A DNA stretch of 32,000 nt from Vermiculatibacterium agrestimuris (GCF_943193085.1 NZ_CALPCU010000023.1:2442-34441); one strand, 5' to 3'. Shown: positions 8,760 through 16,561, counted from the first letter of the stretch. Notes: generated by a model from the letters alone, not told the origin. Numbers and translations are program-made.

Positions 8760-10019
8760 ATGGAGAAACAATGCCCCCACTGCGGCGCCGCCCTGCCCAG
8801 GGAGGCCGCGTTCTGTCTCCACTGCGCCCAAAGCGTCAACCGGCGGGCCCAGGCGAAGGTCCCTGTGCCTTTTCCATGGCGGAAGGCCCTGCGGGTGGGG
8901 CTGCCCCTGCTGGTGGTAATCGGGCTTTTGCTGGGGTGGTATCTCTGCACCCGGCCCAGAACATACGACGACGGCGGCACGGCCACAGTGACCTATACGG
9001 ACAAGGACGGCAGCTATCAGCTTCTGCTGGGCTGGAGCGATACCCGCTTTACCCCGGCCCCTAGGCTCTATCAGGAGGCCGAGGAAAACGGGGAGTACCG
9101 TTTTCCCACCTGCCTGTTTATCAACTACACCGAAAATGACGCCAATGCCGCCAACACCTTTCTCGGTAAGGTGGAGAGCGTCACCGCCCAATTTGGTCCC
9201 CCGGAGGACGAGGGCGGCTACATCACCTACACCGACCCCGCGCCCCACGGCTACTGCCCGGAGGCGGCCATGGTCAGCTTTATCGACTTTCTGGGCCGGG
9301 ACAACCAAGCCCAGGGCACATGGACCATCACCATGAAAAACGGGGATGTGATCCGGCTGCACCAGACCTTGGAGGTCCGCCTCATCAAGACGCTGGATTA
9401 CTACCCGGAGGACTATGCCATGGAGACCGCCGGGGAGCTGCAGGCCCTTATCGACGAGATCGGTGAAACGGTGGACCCCTCTGCGGTTGTGAATATCCAT
9501 CTTCCGGCGGTGACCTACGAGGGGGAACTCACCATCGGAAAGCGGCCGGTGAACCTGCTGGGCAACACTGAGGGGGAAGAACGGACCGTTTTCACCGGCA
9601 CGCTGCGCATCACCACCGGGGCCAACGGCAGGATCAATGAGATCAGCGACATTGACTTTGTGGGCAGCGGCCGGGAGAATGTGGGGATCACCGCCGCCGC
9701 CCGGGTCCACCTGACGGGCTGCACCTTTACCGGCTGGAAGACCGCTGTGCTGCCCCACGGCTATTCCTGGCTGAATTTCCGCTATTGCACGTTTACGGAC
9801 AATGAGGTGGGCTTCCACTTCAACGCCAGCCAGAGCAGTGTGAGCCACTCCCAGTTTGACGGCAACCGCTTCACGGAAAACGGCACCGCCATTCTCTGGG
9901 AGGGAACGCCGGTGGATATAGCCATCAGCTTCCATGAGAGCGTCTTTGCCCACAATGGAACGGACATTGACAACCGCAGCGGTCAGAGTATCGACATCTC
10001 TCAGGCGGTGTTTGAATAA
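8760..10019 (+). CDS. Zinc-ribbon / single-TM / extracellular right-handed beta-helix repeat protein
   Basis: N-terminal CPHCGAALPREAAFCLHCA and a TM segment LRVGLPLLVVIGLLLGWYLC. The C-terminal part has parallel beta-helix-like repeats (..VHLTGCTFTGW.., FRYCTFTDNEVG.., SQFDGNRFTENG.., HESVFAHNG..). It is coupled to the kinase (TGAgATG). Confidence 0.75.
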   Translation: MEKQCPHCGAALPREAAFCLHCAQSVNRRAQAKVPVPFPWRKALRVGLPLLVVIGLLLGWYLCTRPRTYDDGGTATVTYTDKDGSYQLLLGWSDTRFTPAPRLYQEAEENGEYRFPTCLFINYTENDANAANTFLGKVESVTAQFGPPEDEGGYITYTDPAPHGYCPEAAMVSFIDFLGRDNQAQGTWTITMKNGDVIRLHQTLEVRLIKTLDYYPEDYAMETAGELQALIDEIGETVDPSAVVNIHLPAVTYEGELTIGKRPVNLLGNTEGEERTVFTGTLRITTGANGRINEISDIDFVGSGRENVGITAAARVHLTGCTFTGWKTAVLPHGYSWLNFRYCTFTDNEVGFHFNASQSSVSHSQFDGNRFTENGTAILWEGTPVDIAISFHESVFAHNGTDIDNRSGQSIDISQAVFE

Positions 10020-10037
10020 GAGGGCAATAACAAAAAA

Positions 10038-10074
10038 GCACCCAGAAATCAAGGGATTTCTGGGTGCTTTTTTT
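10038..10074. terminator. Bidirectional intrinsic terminator
   Basis: A perfect 13-bp stem (GCACCCAGAAATC aagg GATTTCTGGGTGC) flanked by A6 and T7. It terminates the + strand operon and, on the minus strand, the tRNA. Confidence 0.85.
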
Positions 10075-10108
10075 GGAGCTGCTGGCCGGACTTGAACCGG
10101 CGACCTGC
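10074..10108 (-). tRNA. 3' fragment (positions 42-76 including CCA) of a disrupted tRNA-Thr(CGU) gene; left junction of the inserted element
   Basis: The reverse complement is GCAGGTCGCCGGTTCAAGTCCGGCCAGCAGCTCCA: T-arm plus 3' acceptor CAGCAGC plus CCA. It pairs with the 5' acceptor GCTGCTG found at 23761-23767. Confidence 0.85.
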
Positions 10109-10111
10109 GGT

Positions 10112-10124
10112 TGTCCGTAAGGGG
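10112..10124. repeat. Left terminal inverted repeat (attP-derived arm) TGTCCGTAAGGGG
   Basis: Perfect reverse complement of 23701-23713. It starts 3 nt inside the shared core. Confidence 0.8.
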
Positions 10125-10235
10125 GCAAACTGAGACGATGCCTAATGGCACGAATCTATCATCATGGGGTTAATGGTTTTTGATGGGCAGAGCTAAAATA
10201 AATATAAGATTCGTCCCCAATTGTACATTATGTGA

Positions 10236-10724
10236 TTAACACACTACAGAGTCGAAAATTTTAATGAGTTCTAAAACATCAAAGTAATAGTTTTTGATAT
10301 CTATGAACGTAGCTGTCGGAGCTTTTCCATGGGCAAAATCATGTCTATTCTGAACTAACGAATTAGAGGCATCAATAATCTTTTGCTTATTTGGGTGTTT
10401 GTTGACCGCACATTTGAAACTTTTTTGCCACTGCTCATCGAACTTGCCCAATAGGCCACACATCATCTCATACTTTGCACTCATAGAACCTTTTCTGACG
10501 GCTGTATCGAGATATGTATCAATTCGACTGTCTGATAATTTGGAAAAGTAATCAACAACAATCGAACGATACACAAACTCAGCCGTTCCAGAGGCTTTTA
10601 TAAGAGCATAGCAGGTGAGGTATCGTATTTGCTTGGACAAAGGAGGCATATCGGCAATAAGCGCATCAATATCATTGATTTCTGTAGTGCACTCGTCAAT
10701 TAAATCTTGCAATTCACTCTTCAT
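10236..10724 (-). CDS. HEPN-domain protein (RiboL-PSP / MAE_28990-like), predicted RNase effector
   Basis: ATG at 10724 preceded by GGAG, overlapping the upstream gene's end; the track's 10751 start is a GTG. An Rx4H HEPN motif lies near the C-terminus (LVQNRHDFAHG). The protein looks all-helical and the gene is AT-rich. Confidence 0.65.
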   Translation of the reverse strand: MKSELQDLIDECTTEINDIDALIADMPPLSKQIRYLTCYALIKASGTAEFVYRSIVVDYFSKLSDSRIDTYLDTAVRKGSMSAKYEMMCGLLGKFDEQWQKSFKCAVNKHPNKQKIIDASNSLVQNRHDFAHGKAPTATFIDIKNYYFDVLELIKIFDSVVC

Positions 10725-11841
10725 TGATGTCAACTCCAAAGAGAATTGCACCAGCCAACTGTATTCTTTTCCTTATGTTATCGATATCAGTTGTTCGTTT
10801 ACTAACTGCTTCCTTAAACTGTTCATTGCTCAATAGAGTTTGATGTTGCTCCAATGACACTGCGCTAATATCATGCCCTTTTTTGCTTATTAGAAAAGCT
10901 GACACCATGATTGCATCAAAGATAGCTGGATGAAATTTCTTGGAAAATCCATTTTTTGCGAGATTTCTAAAGGCCTTTTCTCCAACTGAACTGTTGACTG
11001 CTTCTACCGTGTGCAAAAACTCAGATCTAAATTTGCTTATATCCTCCGCAGTATCATTTCTGTGATTATCCATAAAGGAGTTCAGTGACTTTTTGAGAGA
11101 AATCTGTTTGGCATCACTCTTTAAGATGTCTTCTGTTTTCATTACAAAGAATCTGAGAATATACTCGAGATCTCGCATTCTGCTGTCTGGTACAACTGCT
11201 CCAAACAGTTTTCTCCATGTTGTGTTTTCGTTGAGTTCGAAAAGCAAGGAATTAAATGTTCCTTGATAGACGCAATTGCGAATTTCCTGAGGAGTGAGGC
11301 TGCGGCCGCTTGTATTAATGCGTTCAAAAATTTGATATAAACTCGTATCATCGTTTTCGGGTTTCTTCTGTTCAAAAACAATTGCATGGATTGTGGTACT
11401 CCGAATTTTTCGTTGGTCATCGGTAGACAATTCAACAAAGGATTTGTTGCGCCACCTTTGGTTTATTTTCTCAGAATTAGATAGTTTAAAAGCTTTTCCA
11501 TCTGCAGAAAAAACACCTCTCTTAACATAATCATAAACGGTCATGATCCTTTGATATCCGTCTACAATCAGCTTCTGACTTCCGGACTGGGCAAGAAAAA
11601 TACTTGGGACTGGAAGCCCCAGTAGGATTGACTCAATAAATCTGCTGGCCTCTGTTTTGTCCCATACATATTTGCGCTGCAGTTCGGGTTTCAGTAATTC
11701 ATCGTCTTCATACATTGAAATAAGCTCTCTAAAAGAAAGATCTGCGCCCCAAGATGAGATGTTAAACAGAGAATCATCTGAGTAATCATCTTCGATTTCG
11801 GACTTAATTTCTTCGATATTGGGATTTTCCTTTGCTTCCAT
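10714..11841 (-). CDS. DUF262 (ParB-like / GmrSD N-terminal-type) domain protein without a DUF1524 nuclease domain
   Basis: Motifs ..LQRKYVWDK..ASRFIESILLGLPVPSIFL...LIVDGYQRI (DGQQR variant) and ..FERINTSGRSLTPQEIRN... ATG 11841 has an AAGGAG RBS. The upstream in-frame extension to 12042 lacks an RBS. Confidence 0.75.
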   Translation of the reverse strand: MEAKENPNIEEIKSEIEDDYSDDSLFNISSWGADLSFRELISMYEDDELLKPELQRKYVWDKTEASRFIESILLGLPVPSIFLAQSGSQKLIVDGYQRIMTVYDYVKRGVFSADGKAFKLSNSEKINQRWRNKSFVELSTDDQRKIRSTTIHAIVFEQKKPENDDTSLYQIFERINTSGRSLTPQEIRNCVYQGTFNSLLFELNENTTWRKLFGAVVPDSRMRDLEYILRFFVMKTEDILKSDAKQISLKKSLNSFMDNHRNDTAEDISKFRSEFLHTVEAVNSSVGEKAFRNLAKNGFSKKFHPAIFDAIMVSAFLISKKGHDISAVSLEQHQTLLSNEQFKEAVSKRTTDIDNIRKRIQLAGAILFGVDINEE

Positions 11842-12214
11842 TGTTGAATATCTCCTTACAAAATCATCTGTTGAAAAGTGCTCTCCTTCAATTTGAATAA
11901 TCCTGGTTTCCTTCATGCCAATCCATTTAGGAATACAAACACAAATTATGGCAGTTTTTTTCCAAAGCAGAATTTCATATATATCTGTTGCCCTATCTTT
12001 GCGAATAGGTGTAATACCATGTACCAAGTATTTCATATGCAATATGCACCTCTCTTTGAGTCAGCATACGCATATAAGAGGCTGTTTATCCTCGCTGTTC
12101 CAAAACTATGAAGTACAAAAGTTTGTTTGCTTCGGTCTCTTTTTGAAATGACAAGCCGTAATAGCCACTTATGACCGGATTATCAAAATCGGCTCCATAA
12201 TGTTTTCATTACCG

Positions 12215-12550
12215 CTATAAGTTAATCGGTTCACTAATCTCGGACACAAATAAATCCATCAAATCATGATTGGCACCCACATTGGTGACTTCGAAATGGC
12301 TGACACAGTGCTGGAGCCAAGGGAAGGTATCGCTCATCTCCCGGATCAGATCAAAGATCTCCAGGTCGGTGGTCTTGTGCTTGGAATGATAGCCAGAATA
12401 CTGCTCGTGGGAGAAATCATGGGATGTCAGAAACCGCTGGATCAGGGCATAGGCTCCCTTGGGGTTGGTCTGGGAGTAATGCGTCTTCAAATCTTTGATG
12501 CGAAGGTCAAAATAAAGCGCCTTCAGGTGCTTTGCCTCACGCCGGGTCAT
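12215..12550 (-). CDS. vapD: VapD-like (Cas2-fold) endoribonuclease family protein
   Basis: 111 aa. Aligns by eye with H. influenzae VapD: ..YFDL.IKD...Y......AY..I...L....F...Q.S.Y.........W.....V....V....D... The start overlaps the upstream stop (TGATGA). Confidence 0.65.
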   Translation of the reverse strand: MTRREAKHLKALYFDLRIKDLKTHYSQTNPKGAYALIQRFLTSHDFSHEQYSGYHSKHKTTDLEIFDLIREMSDTFPWLQHCVSHFEVTNVGANHDLMDLFVSEISEPINL

Positions 12551-12885
12551 CAGGCTGCGCTCTCTCGGCCAGCGTAGTGAAGCAGTACATCCTCCACGGA
12601 AAAGTCATTTTCGTCCTCGCCGTCATCGCTGTTGTACCACAGCCACTTTGCCACATAGGGCATGAACCAATCCTTGTCTTTCAAAGTGGTGATAAGCCGT
12701 CCAAAGATGCCGTAGTCCTTGGCGGCGCCAGTGCCATAGTAGCAGACAGTGCCATCGGACTGGGTTTCCTTGCGGAAACCATATTTCCCAAAGGCGTTGT
12801 CCACAGAGGACTGAATCGTCTGGGGCGTATATTTTTGTGCTTGTTCAATGCGCTCAATGTCCAATTTCATTTCCAGTTTCAGCAT
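12550..12885 (-). CDS. Hypothetical 111-aa acidic-tailed protein, partner of the VapD-like gene (candidate antitoxin, VapX position)
   Basis: ATG 12885 with an AGGAGG RBS 8 nt upstream. Its stop overlaps the vapD-like start. I recognise no family. Confidence 0.6.
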   Translation of the reverse strand: MLKLEMKLDIERIEQAQKYTPQTIQSSVDNAFGKYGFRKETQSDGTVCYYGTGAAKDYGIFGRLITTLKDKDWFMPYVAKWLWYNSDDGEDENDFSVEDVLLHYAGRESAA

Positions 12886-12964
12886 ATCACAGCACCTCCT
12901 GAAAAGATTGACCACCCTTATTATATCAGGGTGGTCGAAATAGTGCAATCTTTTTCATGCTTTA

Positions 12965-14638
12965 TTAGGTAATAATCGCCATAGGCTTAGCATCATCTGA
13001 ACTTTCGGCAGGGGAGATGGCCCCATTCAGCATGACCGCCGGGTCGATGTACCCAATGAACTTATAGTAAATATCTACCTGCTGAGTGATGGCACCGTCA
13101 TCGCTGCGTTCCTTTTCGTGCACTACGATCTTTTCAATAAGCTCATTGAGGATGCGGGCGTTGAGTTCTTTGAGGTCGGTATATTGCCTGACCAGCGGGA
13201 GGAAAGCCTCCACATCGTCATAGATCTGTTCGCTGGCGGAGATGGCTTCCGCCAGCGTTTTTTGTGCTTCCAGAAGGGCAACCCGCTCCTGCTCGTAGCT
13301 GGGCATCATGGACTGATACCGCTCCTCGGTGATCTTTTCCAGCGCCCGGTCCTCATAGAGCTTATTGGAGACCTTCTCCAACTCGCCCAGGCGTTTCTCC
13401 ACTCGTTTGAGCTCCCTCCTTTGTCGCTCGGTGTTCTGCTGTTGCTGGGCTTGCTTGGCGGCCAGGAGCATCTGGGCGTAGTCCAGCTCCGCCACGGTTG
13501 CCCACTGGGCGTTGCGGCGGATATCCTCCAGCACCAGGGTGTTGAGCGTTTTCCAGCCGATGGCGTGGGAGGTGCAACGGCTTTTGCCGTAGTTTTTGTA
13601 GACCCAGCAGGAGAAGCCGGTGTAGCGGCCTCGTTTGCCGTCATAGCTAAGATTGAGGGAAGAGCCGCAGTCGGCGCACTTGACCAGCCCGGCGAAGGGC
13701 TGGACCTCATGGCTGCCGTTCTCCCGCCGTCGGGCTTTCATCATCTGGTGGACGGTGTCCCACAGCTCCTGGGTGACCAGGGGTTCATGGGTGTTCTCGG
13801 TGATGATCCATTCCTCCTCCGGGGCGGGGATGCGAGTCTTGTCAAAGAAACCTTTGAGTTTGGTGCGCCCGAACACGAGCTGCCCCAGGTAGACCCGGTT
13901 ATTGAGGATGGCCCGGATGGAGGTGGCGTGCCAATCATAGGGCTTACGCCAGTACTCGCTTTTGAAGTAGTCGGGGTTATTCTGGTTGAAGTATGCCTGG
14001 GGATTGAGGATGCCACGCTCCCGGAGAATCTTGGTCATCCGCACATAGCCCACGCCCTCGGCGAACATCTGGAAGATGTCCCGCACCACATCGGCGGCGG
14101 GTGGGTCTACGATGAGGTGATGCCGGTCGGCGGGGTCTTTGACATAGCCGAAGGGGGCGTGGCTGCCCAGATACATTCCGGCCTTGGCTCTGGCCCGATG
14201 GGCGGCCTTGGTCTTACTGGAAGCCTGCCGGGCATAGAAGGAGTTGATCACATTGGTAAAGGGGAGCACCAGGCTGTCCAGGCCCTTTTGGGAGTCGATG
14301 TTCTCCGCCAGAGAGAGGAACCGGATGCCCTTTTCCTCAAAGTAGTGCTCGATGTACATCCCCATCTCGGCGTACTCTCGACCGAACCGGGAGAGGTCTT
14401 TGACGATAACCGTGTTGATGCGCCCAGTCTCGATGTCGTCGATCATCCGCTTGAAGTCAGGCCGCTCGAAGTTGGTGCCGCTCCAGCCATCGTCACAGTA
14501 GTACCCACCGATGGTGATGTGCTGTTCCTCACAGTATTGGGTGAGGATGGCCTTTTGGGTCTGGATGCTCCCGGATTCCCCAACGCTGCCGTCGTCCTGA
14601 CTGAGCCGACAGTAGATGGCGGCAATTTCTTTGCTCAT
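12965..14638 (-). CDS. Large serine recombinase (TnpX/TndX-like, with a DUF4368-like C-terminus)
   Basis: ATG 14638 with an AGGAGG RBS. N-terminal resolvase catalytic domain (AAIYCRLSQDD...), recombinase domain, Cys cluster (CADCGSSL...FSCWVYKNYGKSRCTSH), a coiled coil, and a C-terminal ..ELNARILNELIEKIVVHE.. motif. Confidence 0.9.
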   Translation of the reverse strand: MSKEIAAIYCRLSQDDGSVGESGSIQTQKAILTQYCEEQHITIGGYYCDDGWSGTNFERPDFKRMIDDIETGRINTVIVKDLSRFGREYAEMGMYIEHYFEEKGIRFLSLAENIDSQKGLDSLVLPFTNVINSFYARQASSKTKAAHRARAKAGMYLGSHAPFGYVKDPADRHHLIVDPPAADVVRDIFQMFAEGVGYVRMTKILRERGILNPQAYFNQNNPDYFKSEYWRKPYDWHATSIRAILNNRVYLGQLVFGRTKLKGFFDKTRIPAPEEEWIITENTHEPLVTQELWDTVHQMMKARRRENGSHEVQPFAGLVKCADCGSSLNLSYDGKRGRYTGFSCWVYKNYGKSRCTSHAIGWKTLNTLVLEDIRRNAQWATVAELDYAQMLLAAKQAQQQQNTERQRRELKRVEKRLGELEKVSNKLYEDRALEKITEERYQSMMPSYEQERVALLEAQKTLAEAISASEQIYDDVEAFLPLVRQYTDLKELNARILNELIEKIVVHEKERSDDGAITQQVDIYYKFIGYIDPAVMLNGAISPAESSDDAKPMAIIT

Positions 14639-14670
14639 GCTTGATTCCTCCTTAGCCACAGACAATACCC

Positions 14671-14874
14671 CTAATCCTTGCCCAAAGCTATACCAGAACC
14701 CACCAAAGAATCCTTCGTAACTTTGGGCGGAATAGACGAGGTGAGGGAAGCGGTGATGAGGTCGCCCATCTTCTGAAACACATCCCTGCTGCCGCCGTAG
14801 TAGCTGGTGGTGATATACCGAACGCCGCGGATGGTCTGGCTGTGGGCGATCATGCTGTCCTCGAATAGAAACAT
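14671..14874 (-). CDS. Hypothetical 67-aa protein immediately upstream of the recombinase
   Basis: AGGAGG RBS 9 nt upstream of the ATG. GC3-rich codons. It ends 33 nt before the recombinase start. Confidence 0.5.
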   Translation of the reverse strand: MFLFEDSMIAHSQTIRGVRYITTSYYGGSRDVFQKMGDLITASLTSSIPPKVTKDSLVGSGIALGKD

Positions 14875-14889
14875 CGGCTGGTACCTCCT

Positions 14890-15003
14890 TTACATTTTCT
14901 GCTGCCAGGTTTGCTGTTCTTCGTGGTCATCTGCCTTGTGGCCCATAGAAATTTTCTTCTTCCGCTCTTGGGAGAGGGCCTTGCGGTCGTCGTAGCCAGT
15001 CAT
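14890..15003 (-). CDS. Possible 37-aa basic/acidic peptide, or the genuine C-terminal tail of the relaxase (same frame)
   Basis: ATG at 15003 overlaps the TGA of the nested ORF. GC3 bias returns to this frame (MTGYDDRKALSQERKKKISMGHKADDHEEQQTWQQKM). Confidence 0.3.
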   Translation of the reverse strand: MTGYDDRKALSQERKKKISMGHKADDHEEQQTWQQKM

Positions 15004-16170
15004 GGATGCGGCTGGAGCAAGGCGCTGGCTACGCTCCAGAGCATGGCCCAGAGCGGCCACAGAGCGTACAATCCCACCAGGATCGGGATGGCCCACAGCC
15101 ATGCCAGACTGGGTGTGGGCAGGTGTAGCTTCGGCAGAGAAGGCCGCCAGCCTTTCTTCCTCCCAGCCTGTTCCTGTCGCTCCAGCAGCTGATGGATCGT
15201 TGCCGCTTCCTTGGTCAGCGCCTCCGCCTGGGCATGCACTGCCTGCATGGTAGCGAGGCTGTTCTTCAATATGTCGGACTGGCTCGCCGTCAGACGGTAC
15301 AGGGTGCTGAGGATCGCCAACAGGTCGTTCCATTCCTCCCCCATAGGATGTCGCTCTGGCGGCAAGTTCCTCTCCTTCAATTCTTCGATGGAGCATTTCT
15401 GCTCGGATCCTAAACTCACGCTCCATGACCTCCTTTCGGTATTTGTCCTCGTGGAGACGGTTATCCCGGCACTTCTTCCCTTTGGGAGTAGTATAGGTGA
15501 TGGCCTGCCGGGTGGGTTCCCACCGCACCTGGTAGCCCCGCTGTTCCATCTCCCGGATGAAGTCCTCCCGGCGTTTAGCCCTCCTCATACACAGGTCGAT
15601 GGTGTTCATGAGCTGGAATTTCCAACTCTCACCCCGGACCGCCGAGCGGTACTCACCGGGGCGCATCTTCTTATCCTGGACGTGCCTTTTGGGTGACTCC
15701 AGTACTTGCAGACCGTGGGTGCGACATATCTGGTCGCTGATCTGGCGCTGCCGTTGGAGGTCCGCGGCGTTTTGGTGCAGCTTGCGGCCATCCTTCCAGC
15801 TGACGCTGTTGACGATGAGGTGGTTGTGGAGGTGGTCTGCGTCCACATGGGTGGCCACCACCACTTCAAACTCCGGGAACAGCCGTTGGGCCAACTCCAG
15901 CCCGATGGTGTGGACTTCTTCTGGGGTGACGTCTTCCGCTGGAGAGAAGGACTGGACGAACTGATAGAACATCCTGCCATCGGATTTCTGGAACCGCCGC
16001 TTGGTGGTCATCATCTCATCGTAGGCAGACTGGGCAACGCAGTTGTGACCAGTCACCAGTCGGTGGTCTTTCCATGCGGTTTTCTTCTCCTGCGCCGCAT
16101 AGGCCAGCACCCGATGTAGCGAGCTACCGCTTTGAGCCTTGTTTTTGATCGCGGTGAAGGTTGCCATCAT
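14890..16170 (-). CDS. Relaxase/mobilization nuclease (MobA/VirD2 family); the relaxase domain is the first ~290 aa and the C-terminal ~140 codons have a non-coding-like signature
   Basis: 3-His motif HVDADHLHNHLIVNSV and an N-terminal Tyr region. AGGAGG RBS, with an ATGA overlap onto the mobC stop. Downstream of about 15420 the GC3 bias moves to another frame (see the nested ORF). Confidence 0.85.
   Translation of the reverse strand: MMATFTAIKNKAQSGSSLHRVLAYAAQEKKTAWKDHRLVTGHNCVAQSAYDEMMTTKRRFQKSDGRMFYQFVQSFSPAEDVTPEEVHTIGLELAQRLFPEFEVVVATHVDADHLHNHLIVNSVSWKDGRKLHQNAADLQRQRQISDQICRTHGLQVLESPKRHVQDKKMRPGEYRSAVRGESWKFQLMNTIDLCMRRAKRREDFIREMEQRGYQVRWEPTRQAITYTTPKGKKCRDNRLHEDKYRKEVMEREFRIRAEMLHRRIEGEELAARATSYGGGMERPVGDPQHPVPSDGEPVRHIEEQPRYHAGSACPGGGADQGSGNDPSAAGATGTGWEEERLAAFSAEATPAHTQSGMAVGHPDPGGIVRSVAALGHALERSQRLAPAASMTGYDDRKALSQERKKKISMGHKADDHEEQQTWQQKM
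15000..15419 (-). CDS. Nested out-of-frame gene inside the relaxase ORF: 139-aa coiled-coil protein with a C-terminal Trp-rich TM helix (MobB-like position)
   Basis: GTG start with AAGGAGG 9 nt upstream. In sampled stretches GC3 is about 17 of 20 codons in this frame versus about 9 of 20 in the relaxase frame. The sequence is protein-like (..EEWNDLLAILSTLYRLTASQSDILKNSLATMQAVHAQAEAL.., LAWLWAIPILVGLYALWPLWAMLW). Its stop overlaps the next ATG (ATGA). Confidence 0.6.
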   Translation of the reverse strand: MSLGSEQKCSIEELKERNLPPERHPMGEEWNDLLAILSTLYRLTASQSDILKNSLATMQAVHAQAEALTKEAATIHQLLERQEQAGRKKGWRPSLPKLHLPTPSLAWLWAIPILVGLYALWPLWAMLWSVASALLQPHP

Positions 16171-16487
16171 CGCACCTCCTTGGAAAGTTGGCTGATCTGC
16201 TGGTAGAGCTTGGCATAGCCATCCACCAGGTCATCACCTCGGAGGATTTTCAACTTGCCCATGTTGGCCAGAGTGGTGAGCTGGTTTAGGTTCCGCCCCT
16301 GAGCCTTCAACTCGCTCAGCACAGCATCCAGGCCATCCACCCGGACGATCTCTTTGCCCAACGCACAGACGGTCATGTAGTCGGTGACCGTCATCCCGGC
16401 ACCCCGGGCCAGGTGTTGGACGAGACTTTTCATGGTGGGCGTCATTCGGATGGTGACGATCTCGGTCTTGCGTTTTTCTCTGCGCAT
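16167..16487 (-). CDS. mobC: MobC-family relaxosome accessory protein
   Basis: ATG 16487 after GGGGGAGAAAGGA. RHH-like N-terminus (..IVTIRMTPTMKSLVQHLA..) and a MobC motif (..LKAQGRNLNQLTTLAN..). The stop overlaps the relaxase start. Confidence 0.8.
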   Translation of the reverse strand: MRREKRKTEIVTIRMTPTMKSLVQHLARGAGMTVTDYMTVCALGKEIVRVDGLDAVLSELKAQGRNLNQLTTLANMGKLKILRGDDLVDGYAKLYQQISQLSKEVR

Positions 16488-16561
16488 GTTTTTCCTTTCT
16501 CCCCCTCTGGGGGCTGGGGCACGGGGCAGCGCCCCGACCGCATCCGGCGTATAGCCGGGGG

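Noticed and set aside
7946-8986. Upstream extension of the XRE regulator ORF to 488 aa, and the 505-aa ORF 8634..10151 (-).
   Set aside because: Both run antisense through the kinase and zinc-ribbon genes with low-complexity translation. The regulator has a good GTG plus RBS at 7945.
11842-12042. N-terminal extension of the DUF262 ORF (starts at 12042 or 11916).
   Set aside because: Neither start has an RBS, and the extension has odd hydrophobic or Cys-rich content. ATG 11841 has an AAGGAG RBS and leaves the DUF262 domain intact.
13118-14644. 508-aa + strand ORF opposite the serine recombinase.
   Set aside because: It is a shadow ORF: low complexity, no RBS, and the recombinase frame has clear catalytic motifs.
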